A DNA stretch of 64,000 nucleotides from a virus (taxonomy: Duplodnaviria > Caudoviricetes): positions 1 to 64,000 of the IMG/VR virus record IMGVR_UViG_3300035661_000030. One strand, given 5' to 3'. Every line of letters starts with the position of its first letter. Positions within the stretch are counted from its first letter, which is position 1. This document shows positions 1 to 9,035 of the stretch, in pieces. Under the pieces are notes generated by a model, which did not search any database, was not told the origin of the DNA, and saw only the letters and a program-made list of their open reading frames with translations. The translations under genes and the position numbers were made by a program.

Positions 1-366
1 AATATCATGATGAAATTCCATCTTCATCTTTTGCATTATTAAAATGCATTTTTGCAAAAACTATCCAATCTTTGTAACTTTTATCATCTGAACTAGCATT
101 TAGGTTGGAGTCAGCTATATTGCTCATGATATTGACTTAAGTGCTGTCTTTTTGAATGATTCCGCATAAACTCATATACAACGTCGATCCATGTATCACT
201 TGGCATTAATTATACCTCATAATAAGTTCTCCATCTAAAAACTCAACGCGAATATTGTTAACAGCGTGGGAATTAGTTCCTTTTCTAAGTACAATTGATG
301 AAATCTCTAAAATGTCACCATTTTGAAGATCAAAATTATTATGAATAAAATCTTCTAGTGTTTCTA

Positions 367-1035
367 TCATAAAATTAATCCTTTAAAACGGTTTTGAGGG
401 CTGTCATTTCGCTCTGTAGAGCATAAATTCGCTCTATCCTGGTTAACTTCATTCATTACAAAGTGCTGAAAATCTCTTGGATCAGTTGGATAATTTAAAA
501 GCTTTACCTGAAATCCATATTGATGATTTATTGGATTGATTTGACTATATCGAACATAAATGACATCGTTGTTCTTTTCTAACCAATATGAATCAATTTT
601 TGCATAATCTTCTATTAAATTTCCTTTGCCATATAAGGGAAGTTGTTTCGGGATGAAAGTTGTAAGATTGAAAGGATCTTGAACAATTTGTAATATATGA
701 ACTCCATCCCATGAATCTGCCCTAATTCGAGTATCATAATAGAAAAAACGCTCATAATCCATGCAAATTCCAATATTTTCCTTATTAACAACTAAATTGT
801 TGGGATCAATTAAGAAAATATCGGAATTTTTTAAAATAATACTCATAATAGCATGAGTTGTATCATTAAACGGATCACTTTCACAAGCCATTTTCCGTAA
901 TGAGGCTATTTCTTTTAAATCTAACTGAATTTGGTGCCGTTTTCGAGCTTGAATTGCGTATTCTGTGTTATACATCTTCGTCAACCAACTGATAAATTGA
1001 CATATTAAAATGATCCATGATGGCTTTACGCTCAT
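367..1035 (-). CDS. Hypothetical protein (true start probably MYNTEY near 975)
   Basis: 222-aa ORF co-oriented with neighbours; no recognised motif. Confidence 0.6.
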   Translation of the reverse strand: MSVKPSWIILICQFISWLTKMYNTEYAIQARKRHQIQLDLKEIASLRKMACESDPFNDTTHAIMSIILKNSDIFLIDPNNLVVNKENIGICMDYERFFYYDTRIRADSWDGVHILQIVQDPFNLTTFIPKQLPLYGKGNLIEDYAKIDSYWLEKNNDVIYVRYSQINPINHQYGFQVKLLNYPTDPRDFQHFVMNEVNQDRANLCSTERNDSPQNRFKGLIL

Positions 1036-1435
1036 CCCTCTCGTTATCCGGCATAGAAGTATATGGTTTATCGAAATAAATAGTCTTTACGCCTCTCATT
1101 GCCATATCCCGAGTGCAATTTAAGCAAGGTTCGTGAGTTAAATAAGCTGTATGCAATGGTCCGTTTGAGAATCTAAGCGCATTTTCTTCGGCATGGAGAG
1201 TATGAATGCATCGCTGATTTACGTTACATGTTTCATCTGTGCAATGTTTCATTCCCGGAGGCGCACCATTGTAACCTATTCCTCCTACTCCGCCATCTTC
1301 TCTAAGAAGTAATGCACCAACTTTGAGTCTTTTGCATGTACCAAGCAAGGCAATGGTTTTAGCTATAGTGAGATAGACTTGATGCTTCAGTTTAATACGA
1401 TCAACATCGAAACTCATTGGTTTTCTCCTGTGCAT
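968..1435 (-). CDS. Deoxycytidylate (dCMP) deaminase
   Basis: CKRLKVGALL, GYNGAPPG, HAEENAL and PCLNC zinc-deaminase motifs. Confidence 0.92.
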   Translation of the reverse strand: MHRRKPMSFDVDRIKLKHQVYLTIAKTIALLGTCKRLKVGALLLREDGGVGGIGYNGAPPGMKHCTDETCNVNQRCIHTLHAEENALRFSNGPLHTAYLTHEPCLNCTRDMAMRGVKTIYFDKPYTSMPDNERDERKAIMDHFNMSIYQLVDEDV

Positions 1436-1597
1436 TTAGTGAAATAGAGGCCAGAACAATTAGATTTTTCATAACAATACGTTAAAATAGCGTTACAATT
1501 TTTACAAAAACACATGCTAGAACTAAATAAATACCCTGGATTATGTCCATTGTCCTTGGCTATTTGCAAAGCATTAACAGCTGTTAATCTCATTAGA

Positions 1598-3232
1598 TTA
1601 CTCCATAACTAAAGTTTGTGGTTGTAATAGTTGATCAGGGTAAGCGGCTAATATCATATTGGCATTATTGTACCAATAAGAATTCTTTTTACCTCCTGCT
1701 GATTCAAATAAAAAGATAAGCCGCTTTGCGTCTTGTATGGGGATCATGCAATTTTTTAATTCCGTATCGTTATCCCAATTGAAGAGTTGTCGTCTGTAAT
1801 CTCTGGCGATGTGATAAAGTGGAAAGGTTGTTTGTAAGATATGATAGATATCTGATTTGAACCAATCCATATTGAGGATATTTCGTAACTGAGGGATATG
1901 TATTCCGAATGCCCCGAAGAACTCAAATGCATTGATATATGTTTCAGTTTCGAAGATTTCATTGTCTGATCCTATTGTTGGTACGTGGATTAAAGTTAAA
2001 GTATCTACCAAAGGTTTAGCGTTGGCTTTTTTGGCAATTGGAATCTTGGAAACTCTTGGTGCATAGCCAAAGCCTGGTCCCAGCCAAATGTTAATAAGTT
2101 TTGCAAGTTTAATTGATTGTGCAATTCCAACTGTTGTTCGAATAAATTCGAGCAACTCTTTCGTATTTGTAAAATCATCGAACGCAATTCTTGATTCCTT
2201 GAAATCATATCTGCCATTAATAGAGAACTCTGGTTGTCCTGGGACTAAAGTAGAAAGGGCAGCTTTTCGTTCAATAGTAAAAATATCGGCATAATATATA
2301 ATTTTAAATACTGAAGTATCATAGCTATCAAAATGAATGTTAAACTCATTTTGCTTAAACTCTTTAGGTCCAGGGTTGGTGGGAACTGATGTACGCCGTT
2401 TAGATGATGTAAGTTTATTAGTTAAATTAAAATACTCAAAAAGATACCGTAAAGCATGTTTGCGCTTCAGTTTTTTCTTTAGAATTGAATGTGCAATATA
2501 GCGATTTCCCAAATCCTCGCGTAATAAATCCAGGGTGTCAGCTTTGTAGAACTCTTGAGTGCCATATAGAACGGTTGGAATTATGAACGTTACAGAAATA
2601 CGTTTTAACACTAAGTACAATCCATTTTTCTCAGGATATGCGAGGTCAGTATCCACGATCTTAATTAATGTCTCTAGATCAAAGATTTCTTCATCTTTAT
2701 CAGTAACTCCATGTATGATATTTATTTTATCATACAATGTAGCATCATCCATCAAGCAAATAAGCTGTGGAAGCCTATCTTTATTGATTGATTGATGTTG
2801 AATAAAGTAAAGGTCATCTGTTTGGTATTGCAGAAGATCAAACTCTGGTTTGCTAAATGGCTTAGTTTCAAAGTAAGCGTCATCTTTATATTGGCCTAAA
2901 TCTTTTACCGGAATATAATGACCAGAATAATCATGCGGACCAATATCAGAAACGCTAAAATTGTTATAATGTTGGGTAATTTGCTGAGATTCGCGCCAAA
3001 CGTCCTTTTCTTTATTGCATAAGTAGGGATTAAAGTGTTCTTTCTTAAATGTAAAAGACGGACCTTCATCATTCTCTATAAGTAGAACATCGAAACCCTT
3101 AGTTGAGATAAATTTTTTGAATAAAGTACCATCTTGATTCGACCCAAGGCAGAAAAAACGCTGATTCCAATACTGAAAATTGTATAGGAATACCTCAATC
3201 TCTTGATCTTGATAAGTTATGTTAACTTTCAT
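1598..3232 (-). CDS. Hypothetical protein, 544 aa
   Basis: Long uninterrupted ORF; no recognised domain. Confidence 0.75.
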   Translation of the reverse strand: MKVNITYQDQEIEVFLYNFQYWNQRFFCLGSNQDGTLFKKFISTKGFDVLLIENDEGPSFTFKKEHFNPYLCNKEKDVWRESQQITQHYNNFSVSDIGPHDYSGHYIPVKDLGQYKDDAYFETKPFSKPEFDLLQYQTDDLYFIQHQSINKDRLPQLICLMDDATLYDKINIIHGVTDKDEEIFDLETLIKIVDTDLAYPEKNGLYLVLKRISVTFIIPTVLYGTQEFYKADTLDLLREDLGNRYIAHSILKKKLKRKHALRYLFEYFNLTNKLTSSKRRTSVPTNPGPKEFKQNEFNIHFDSYDTSVFKIIYYADIFTIERKAALSTLVPGQPEFSINGRYDFKESRIAFDDFTNTKELLEFIRTTVGIAQSIKLAKLINIWLGPGFGYAPRVSKIPIAKKANAKPLVDTLTLIHVPTIGSDNEIFETETYINAFEFFGAFGIHIPQLRNILNMDWFKSDIYHILQTTFPLYHIARDYRRQLFNWDNDTELKNCMIPIQDAKRLIFLFESAGGKKNSYWYNNANMILAAYPDQLLQPQTLVME

Positions 3233-3479
3233 GATTAATCCATTTCAGTTTATTGTTTTGACAATGTATACAATGTTCTGAATTATGTTTTGGTAATTTT
3301 TCTAGCTTATTCCAAAACTTAACAATTACTGTATCTGGAATATCAAACCATTTGAGACTGAAATCTTTATTCATATAATTAGTCCATTAATACTGATTTA
3401 AGATTACCTTGCTCAACTTTCATTATGCCTCACATAGCTAAAATTAAAGAAAACGGACACACAAATATAATGTATATGT

Positions 3480-3500
3480 CTCCATATACATTATAACAAA
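3480..3500 (-). promoter_or_regulatory. Extended -10 promoter fused to an SD-like GGAG (TTTGTTATAATGTATATGGAG)
   Basis: TG-n-TATAAT; 20/21 identical to 45185-45205. Confidence 0.55.
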
Positions 3501-3504
3501 TAAT

Positions 3505-3532
3505 CGGTTATTCTTGCGATACCGAAAAACGC
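3505..3532 (-). repeat. 28-nt hairpin motif, copy 1 (copy 2 at 7503-7530)
   Basis: 24/28 identical to copy 2; follows a stop codon. Confidence 0.7.
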
Positions 3533-3541
3533 ACCAAGTTA

Positions 3542-3721
3542 TTATGGTTTGTCTATTTCACGAATTTGAAGCTCTTGGTTACTTCCACAAATATTCCATG
3601 TAAATTCATCGTTATTTTCAAGTAGCACTTTCATATTAATTTTTTCATCTTTAACTAAAACTACTTCTACAACTGTTGTCTCGGGATCGCAATTAGCCAA
3701 TACCTTAATTGTAGCTGTCAT
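3542..3721 (-). CDS. Small hypothetical protein, 59 aa (MTATIKVLANCDPETT...)
   Basis: Manual translation; GGAG SD upstream. Confidence 0.55.
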   Translation of the reverse strand: MTATIKVLANCDPETTVVEVVLVKDEKINMKVLLENNDEFTWNICGSNQELQIREIDKP

Positions 3722-3851
3722 GAGATAGTCTCCTTTGGTCTTTTTACTTTACTTTTAATTGAGTAATCTTCTTCGTCTAATAAATACTTAAGATTCTAAA
3801 AGTCTTTATGATCATTAGCAATCTTGATTATTCTAATTAATACTATACCAT

Positions 3852-4097
3852 TTAGATATTATTATACTTCAACAGTTTCATAAATGCTTCATATACTTTC
3901 TTAGCTTCTTCTGGATCTTGCTCTACTTTAACTCCACGAACCCAAAAGCCTTCTTTACTAATCCTAAGCATTTCTTCGTTCATTAATCCTGAAACAAAGA
4001 ATGTGCATGAATTAGAAACGGTTGTTGAGATACGGTTCGTGAGCGCAGCATTTTCTAGATTAATGCTGTCTTATTTTAAAATATTCGTTGGTTGCAT
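3852..4097 (-). pseudogene. Small gene interrupted by an in-frame TAA at codon 9 (or restarting at MNEEMLRISKEG)
   Basis: AAGGAG SD + ATG at 4097, TAA at 4071-4073, same frame stays open to TAA at 3852. Confidence 0.5.
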
Positions 4098-4129
4098 ATT
4101 TCTTTATCTCCTTTCTTTGATATACCTAT

Positions 4130-4158
4130 AGTGTAACACAACTACAATAAAGACTCAA
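4130..4158 (-). promoter_or_regulatory. Sigma-70-type promoter TTGAGT-N17-TACACT with extended TG
   Basis: Spacing and hexamers read directly; shares AGTTGTGTTACACT with 45011-45038. Confidence 0.6.
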
Positions 4159-4315
4159 GCCAATTTTTTGCGGTATTAAGATCTGGAAATCGTTTAGGCA
4201 AAGCTTCTAGATAAGAACGTGGCACAGCCATCCATCCATAACCATCAAATGTAATGGTTCCTAAGTCTGAATGAACATATTTTGTAGAGAAAAGCCTTAC
4301 CCAACGATTATCCAT
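4142..4315 (-). CDS. Small hypothetical protein, 57 aa (MDNRWVRLFSTK...)
   Basis: Manual translation; abuts the upstream gene. Confidence 0.5.
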   Translation of the reverse strand: MDNRWVRLFSTKYVHSDLGTITFDGYGWMAVPRSYLEALPKRFPDLNTAKNWLESLL

Positions 4316-4316
4316 A

Positions 4317-4511
4317 TTAATCTCCGTCTGATATAACTATTGCAAAATAGATCATATAAAAAGTTGCGAATAATACTTTAATAAGATCTGATGCTTTGCC
4401 TGAATTACATGTATCATTAAAATATAAGAATGCAGCACAAAAACAAACAATAGTTGAGATTAATGCTGTTGTTTTAATGAACGTTTCTTTATAAGCGTTG
4501 GTTGTGTTCAT
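4317..4511 (-). CDS. Small membrane protein
   Basis: Two hydrophobic segments in 64 aa. Confidence 0.55.
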   Translation of the reverse strand: MNTTNAYKETFIKTTALISTIVCFCAAFLYFNDTCNSGKASDLIKVLFATFYMIYFAIVISDGD

Positions 4512-4632
4512 TTAACAGCCTCGATAGCTGCAAGAAATTTTTTTAAATATTCTTTTCCTTCAGGACTCATGCTCCATGTATCATTAAACCAAGCTGCATG
4601 ATCTTTAAAGAATTTAATTGCTTCTTCTTTTG

Positions 4633-5154
4633 TCATTCAAAATCTCCAAATCCATAATTAAGGTAGCATTCTTTACAACTATCCCAAAGTAATCCAGATC
4701 CACCCATATCATCATCTGTTTTCTTTAGAAGCTTACAGCCTCCGATATGATTTTGGCCTACTGCTACAATTCCGATATGATTAATTCGTTCTTCAGTTGG
4801 AATTTCAATAAAGTAATGAAATGGGCAAACAACTTGAATATAATCTTTTTCTTCTACGTTTAAAGGACGATATATTTTATAGCAATAAGGCGTGCCTTTA
4901 GGAATTAATTCAAATAGATCATTCTTACCAGTTTCGCTTTGATATTGGCGATACCATCGTTTATTCCATTTATTCTGACTAACAACTTGTCGCTTTTTCT
5001 TCTTTCTTTGCTGTTTCTTGGTCCATTTAGACTCAGCACGAAGAATATCAATCAGTTTCATTCGTTTCTTGGTCCATTTAGACTCAGCACGAAGAATATC
5101 AATCAGTTTCATTCGTTTCATGCTCATAGAAGTCACTCCCATTGGGATAGTCAC
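4633..5154 (-). CDS. Hypothetical Cys-containing phage protein with a 17-aa tandem duplication
   Basis: IPKGTPYCY...CPF...GCKLL...LWDSCKEC pattern; duplicated RMKLIDILRAESKWTKK. Confidence 0.65.
   Translation of the reverse strand: MTIPMGVTSMSMKRMKLIDILRAESKWTKKRMKLIDILRAESKWTKKQQRKKKKRQVVSQNKWNKRWYRQYQSETGKNDLFELIPKGTPYCYKIYRPLNVEEKDYIQVVCPFHYFIEIPTEERINHIGIVAVGQNHIGGCKLLKKTDDDMGGSGLLWDSCKECYLNYGFGDFE
5013..5119. repeat. Perfect 51-bp tandem duplication
   Basis: 5013-5063 = 5064-5114, plus a 5-nt partial third copy. Confidence 0.95.
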
Positions 5155-5350
5155 AATATTCGGAAGTAATTAATAAACATGGAGAGGTAATTCCTTTATG
5201 TTGACGTTCCATAGTCTCGCTATAAATAAGACAAATTGGCATAATCCAATCGGTGTCAGGATCTTTCAGATAAACTGGAAGATTACCAAGTTGAGTCTCT
5301 AACTCTTTTAGCTGTTCAATAAGCTGTCTAATGCTACAGGTGGCTTTCAT
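5099..5350 (-). CDS. Hypothetical protein
   Basis: 83-aa ORF in a tightly packed operon. Confidence 0.6.
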   Translation of the reverse strand: MKATCSIRQLIEQLKELETQLGNLPVYLKDPDTDWIMPICLIYSETMERQHKGITSPCLLITSEYCDYPNGSDFYEHETNETD

Positions 5351-5613
5351 TAGACTTCTCCATCATCAAATACGTGAAAAACTAATTTACCATTCATCAT
5401 TTGGAATGTGCCAATATACTTTTTGGGAATATAATTAATCTTATGACCTGTACCAAGAATAATAATGCTGCGTTTAGTCATAATATTTGAATCTACGGCT
5501 GCCCAAAGCTTTAAGTTTCCATTTTGTAATTGTACGGTTAGCAAATTAGCGTCAACTGGCATTTCAATAATCTGCTGATCCGTTATTTCAAGATCATACT
5601 TATAAACCTGCAT
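5350..5613 (-). CDS. Conserved small phage protein (DUF7352-like, from memory)
   Basis: YKYDL...IEMP.DA..LTVQ.Q...LWAAVD...GTGH...YIGTFQ...LVFHVF pattern. Confidence 0.7.
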   Translation of the reverse strand: MQVYKYDLEITDQQIIEMPVDANLLTVQLQNGNLKLWAAVDSNIMTKRSIIILGTGHKINYIPKKYIGTFQMMNGKLVFHVFDDGEV

Positions 5614-5971
5614 TATACCTCTCCCAATATTCTTTATAACTTTTTACCTGTTCGTCTAAATCAATAGGTAATCCATTTAGTAATCTATGGTATGATTCTA
5701 ATATAATTCCTGACATATCATCTGCATCATGAATGCCAATTGAATTGAAGTATTGAGCTAATGGAGAATCGTACCAAAGACCCCATTCATTACGAAGATT
5801 CATTCCTAATCCAAAATGGCATCCATCAGTTGTTTCTCTAATTTGCTTAATAGTCTTTCTACTTAAATGAATATTAAGCCATTCTAATGCTTCGTCTAAA
5901 TTCTTTGGAGACTTAGCAATCTTCTTTTTAAATTTGTATTCACGATACTTTGTTAGGATTTTGTTGAACAT
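5600..5971 (-). CDS. DUF6794-like protein (from memory)
   Basis: GMNLRNEWGLW...YF..IGIHDADDMSGIILESYHR. Confidence 0.65.
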   Translation of the reverse strand: MFNKILTKYREYKFKKKIAKSPKNLDEALEWLNIHLSRKTIKQIRETTDGCHFGLGMNLRNEWGLWYDSPLAQYFNSIGIHDADDMSGIILESYHRLLNGLPIDLDEQVKSYKEYWERYNAGL

Positions 5972-6489
5972 TATGAATTACCCGTATAATAAGCATTAAT
6001 AACACAACCTTTAGTTAACGTAACATATTCGTTATGTTTAACACAACGATCAGGAAATTCATTGTTCGCATAAGCTACAGTAATGCTTGGGTTGTTACCT
6101 GGATTAAGATTAGCTAACTGACAAATTCTTTCGTAGGTAATAGAAACACCATCAAACTCTAAGAAAGTTAACGTTCCATTAAGTATAAACTTAATTGGTT
6201 CTTTTGATTTGTTATATTTCTCAATATCAATTGGTGCTGGAAGTTCAAGACCAATTTCAAATAATGGAATAAATCCATCAAACTGTCCATCAATATCCCA
6301 ATATTCAATATCTTCTAAGAACGTCTTACCAAACTTTTCACGCCAATAAATGAACTTTTGTCCATCCCATCGTGCAATCCTAGCATTGCGGCAGATACCG
6401 CCATAATATGATCCTATGTGAAGATTATCTTTTCTAATGGCTTTATCGCCCCATTTATCCCAATTATTTAACATTAATTGGCACTCCAT
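5971..6489 (-). CDS. Two-domain protein with a C-terminal multi-ubiquitin-like (beta-grasp) domain
   Basis: FILNG...ITYERICQLA...ITVAY...EYVTLTKGCVINAYYTGNS resembles Multi_ubiq-family Ubls. Confidence 0.55.
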   Translation of the reverse strand: MECQLMLNNWDKWGDKAIRKDNLHIGSYYGGICRNARIARWDGQKFIYWREKFGKTFLEDIEYWDIDGQFDGFIPLFEIGLELPAPIDIEKYNKSKEPIKFILNGTLTFLEFDGVSITYERICQLANLNPGNNPSITVAYANNEFPDRCVKHNEYVTLTKGCVINAYYTGNS

Positions 6490-6724
6490 TTTTAAATGAT
6501 TTAAAGCCGGTTACTAAAATATTGCCTTCTTTCTTACATTCAAGTTCAAGTTCAAATCTATAACCATCAGTAATAAACTTATCAAATAAGAATCTATTAA
6601 CATATTCTTCAATTAGTTTGATATTCTGTGGAGTTACATTATTATCAAAATACGTTTCAATTTGATAACGGAGTATTTCGTCAATCATTTTCGTGGCTTG
6701 CTTAATAAATGCTTTATCTTTCAT
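6464..6724 (-). CDS. Hypothetical protein
   Basis: 86-aa ORF in operon. Confidence 0.55.
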   Translation of the reverse strand: MKDKAFIKQATKMIDEILRYQIETYFDNNVTPQNIKLIEEYVNRFLFDKFITDGYRFELELECKKEGNILVTGFKSFKNGVPINVK

Positions 6725-6977
6725 TTAAAATTCTCCTAGCTATTTCTTCTCTTGCGGTTATTTGATTACAAGAACAGCCACCAGCACAAGCTAATATATT
6801 TGTACGATGATTGCCATATTTATCAATACCAACTCCACATGGAGTATAATAAGCTTTACCGCAATTACAGATAGGACGACCATCTGCATATTTAATTACT
6901 AGTTCTTCCCAACAACTTGTCATTATTTTTCTCCAAGCATTGTGGAAATATAAGTGGACATGCGGGAGAAAGCTCAC
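6714..6977 (-). CDS. Cys-rich, possibly zinc-binding protein
   Basis: CNCG...PC...CAGGCSC. Confidence 0.55.
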   Translation of the reverse strand: MSFLPHVHLYFHNAWRKIMTSCWEELVIKYADGRPICNCGKAYYTPCGVGIDKYGNHRTNILACAGGCSCNQITAREEIARRILNER

Positions 6978-7037
6978 AGTCTAAATATACATTTGGATCT
7001 GTGCCTTCTGGTATCATTTCTTTCTCCCGAATCATAT

Positions 7038-7259
7038 TCAGGATTGTCGTTCATCGTCAGACTTATCTTTGTCACCTATCCAAATTCTATATCCCCATGT
7101 TTGGAATGTAAACGTTGGAAATGATCGTGGATAGATAAAATCAATTGAATATGATCCATTATTAGGATAGAACATCTTGCGTCTAAAACATTGCTGATGT
7201 TTCTGGACAGCATCGTATAAGTCTGAAGCATATTCGTAATCTTGCCACCATTTCATCAT
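7038..7259 (-). CDS. Hypothetical protein
   Basis: 73-aa ORF. Confidence 0.5.
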   Translation of the reverse strand: MMKWWQDYEYASDLYDAVQKHQQCFRRKMFYPNNGSYSIDFIYPRSFPTFTFQTWGYRIWIGDKDKSDDERQS

Positions 7260-7289
7260 AAATCTTTACCCATTAATAATTTCATGACA

Positions 7290-7478
7290 TCATTCGCTTA
7301 CTTCTGAGAGTCTAATATCATTAATAGTAATCTTAGTGTTAGGGCCACTGATGCGTCTAGCCCAGTTAAAGATATTTTCTAATGAATCTGTTTCGTTAAA
7401 TATATTTGTATGATAATTCATTTTCCATTCATCTGGACCAATTTGGTTACAGAATGAAATTGTTGCAGCAATCCTCAT
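7290..7478 (-). CDS. Hypothetical protein
   Basis: 62-aa ORF with GAGG SD. Confidence 0.6.
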   Translation of the reverse strand: MRIAATISFCNQIGPDEWKMNYHTNIFNETDSLENIFNWARRISGPNTKITINDIRLSEVSE

Positions 7479-7502
7479 TATATCCTCATAACTAAAAAAA
7501 TC

Positions 7503-7530
7503 CGGTTATTCACGCGATACCGGCAAACGC
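7503..7530 (-). repeat. 28-nt hairpin motif, copy 2; terminator-like (followed by a U tract)
   Basis: CCGGTATC-GCGT-GAATAACCGG then ATTTTTT on the minus strand. Confidence 0.65.
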
Positions 7531-7539
7531 TATCTGCTA

Positions 7540-7818
7540 TTAATTCTTCATATAAAGGATTGTTCCTTCTGGCGGCTGTTTATCTAACCATACCACAATA
7601 GCCATATCTTTAAGCTGTCCAGTATGTTTTTCAACTTTAGCTGCTGGGATCATATTAACTTCTCGATTTAAACAACTACAGCGAGAAATTGTTGATTGAT
7701 GTTTGCCACAGCGCAAACAATAATATGTACCAATAATTGCAATTAAGTCTGCTCTCTTTTTGTCTGAATCAAGCTTATCAAAAATTGCAATAACTTGATC
7801 ATAGGGTTTTTCGGTCAT
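7540..7818 (-). CDS. Hypothetical protein with CxxC...CxC
   Basis: YCLRCG...CSC; GGAA/AAGGA SD. Confidence 0.6.
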   Translation of the reverse strand: MTEKPYDQVIAIFDKLDSDKKRADLIAIIGTYYCLRCGKHQSTISRCSCLNREVNMIPAAKVEKHTGQLKDMAIVVWLDKQPPEGTILYMKN

Positions 7819-7903
7819 TACATTTTCCTATCCTTAAGCAAATACAGGATCTAGTCCAAACGCTACTTTCTATATATTTATGACTTTTATAATATTAAGT
7901 TAA

Positions 7904-8128
7904 TCAGTCATGTTTATTTCTATAAGGATAGTAAAGTTCGTAAACCATTTTCTGCAACTTTGCGAGCATGGCTTCCATATCATCTACTTGTTTGACAAAT
8001 GCAGGATCTAGTTTATCTTTGCTAATTGTAGAGTTAGCACAAACACTACTTTCTACAAAGGTTGGATCATCCATTTTGTTCCTCAAACTCTTTAATGGTT
8101 TTATCAAACTCTTTGTCAATAAGGTCAT
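7904..8128 (-). CDS. Hypothetical protein (real start probably MDDPTF)
   Basis: ORF with GAGG before the internal ATG. Confidence 0.5.
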   Translation of the reverse strand: MTLLTKSLIKPLKSLRNKMDDPTFVESSVCANSTISKDKLDPAFVKQVDDMEAMLAKLQKMVYELYYPYRNKHD

Positions 8129-8282
8129 ATTTAATAAGATAGTTATGTTGTATCAAACAAATGTCTTTAAACTTCTCTGCCATTGCTCTATAATCTTCTT
8201 TTTCTTTCCAAAGTTTTTTAACACAATCAATACACCATCCATCACCATCATGAGGACAGTTGCTTAAATGAGGCATTGTCAT
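8067..8282 (-). CDS. Small protein with a CPH..G.WCxxC motif and coiled coil
   Basis: HLSNCPHDGDGWCIDC. Confidence 0.6.
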   Translation of the reverse strand: MTMPHLSNCPHDGDGWCIDCVKKLWKEKEDYRAMAEKFKDICLIQHNYLIKYDLIDKEFDKTIKEFEEQNG

Positions 8283-8358
8283 GCGTCATGCTCCAATAAA
8301 AGTTTTTCAATATAATCTACCGTGGTTTTAGTCTGTCTAGGCCATTCATCAATACGAA

Positions 8359-8700
8359 TCATTGTTCACTGATACTTGTTTCAAAGAATTTGATTTGACT
8401 ACGCCTTATTCCTAGCCCACCACCATCAGTTGATGTCTGATAATAATATTCTTCTTTAGTATGAAAGAACCACTTAAAGAATGGTTTAAACCATTGACGA
8501 GCATTCTTGCATTTTACTTCATCCACTGAAACATTTTTGTACCAATAGTCAGCGTATGATCCATCTAACCAATAGATACGAAGATTTACTTTATAATACT
8601 TTTTTTCTACAACTTCTTTAGTAGTCAAAGTATCTACTTCTTTAATAATGTCTTTAGGTTCCGCATTGAGATCTTTCTTCTTTCTGCTAAACCAACTCAC
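8359..8700 (-). CDS. Hypothetical protein
   Basis: 113-aa ORF, GGAG SD. Confidence 0.6.
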   Translation of the reverse strand: MSWFSRKKKDLNAEPKDIIKEVDTLTTKEVVEKKYYKVNLRIYWLDGSYADYWYKNVSVDEVKCKNARQWFKPFFKWFFHTKEEYYYQTSTDGGGLGIRRSQIKFFETSISEQ

Positions 8701-8950
8701 TTAAATCTCCTTTAAATGGCTTTTCAACAGCTTCTTCAGTTCCTATAATATACTCAGATTTACCATCTGGATTTTCAAAACGAACATCAAGACATTCTCC
8801 ACAAACTTCTTTCCAATATTGATCCTGTTCGTCAATTAACCTATAAAGTAATGAACTATCTGACATAATATCATTTAATTGTTTAAGTGATTCAACCTCA
8901 ATTTCAACTGCATCTGTACAAGCCCGTTCCATTAGAACTAATACTTTCAT
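8687..8950 (-). CDS. Hypothetical acidic protein
   Basis: 87-aa ORF, GGAG SD. Confidence 0.6.
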   Translation of the reverse strand: MKVLVLMERACTDAVEIEVESLKQLNDIMSDSSLLYRLIDEQDQYWKEVCGECLDVRFENPDGKSEYIIGTEEAVEKPFKGDLSELV

Positions 8951-9035
8951 TTAGACTCCAACATATTTTCTAGTTCCTCTAGAAATTTCATGAATTTATT
9001 ATAAAGCCAACTCATCATTTAAGTCCTCCGGTATA

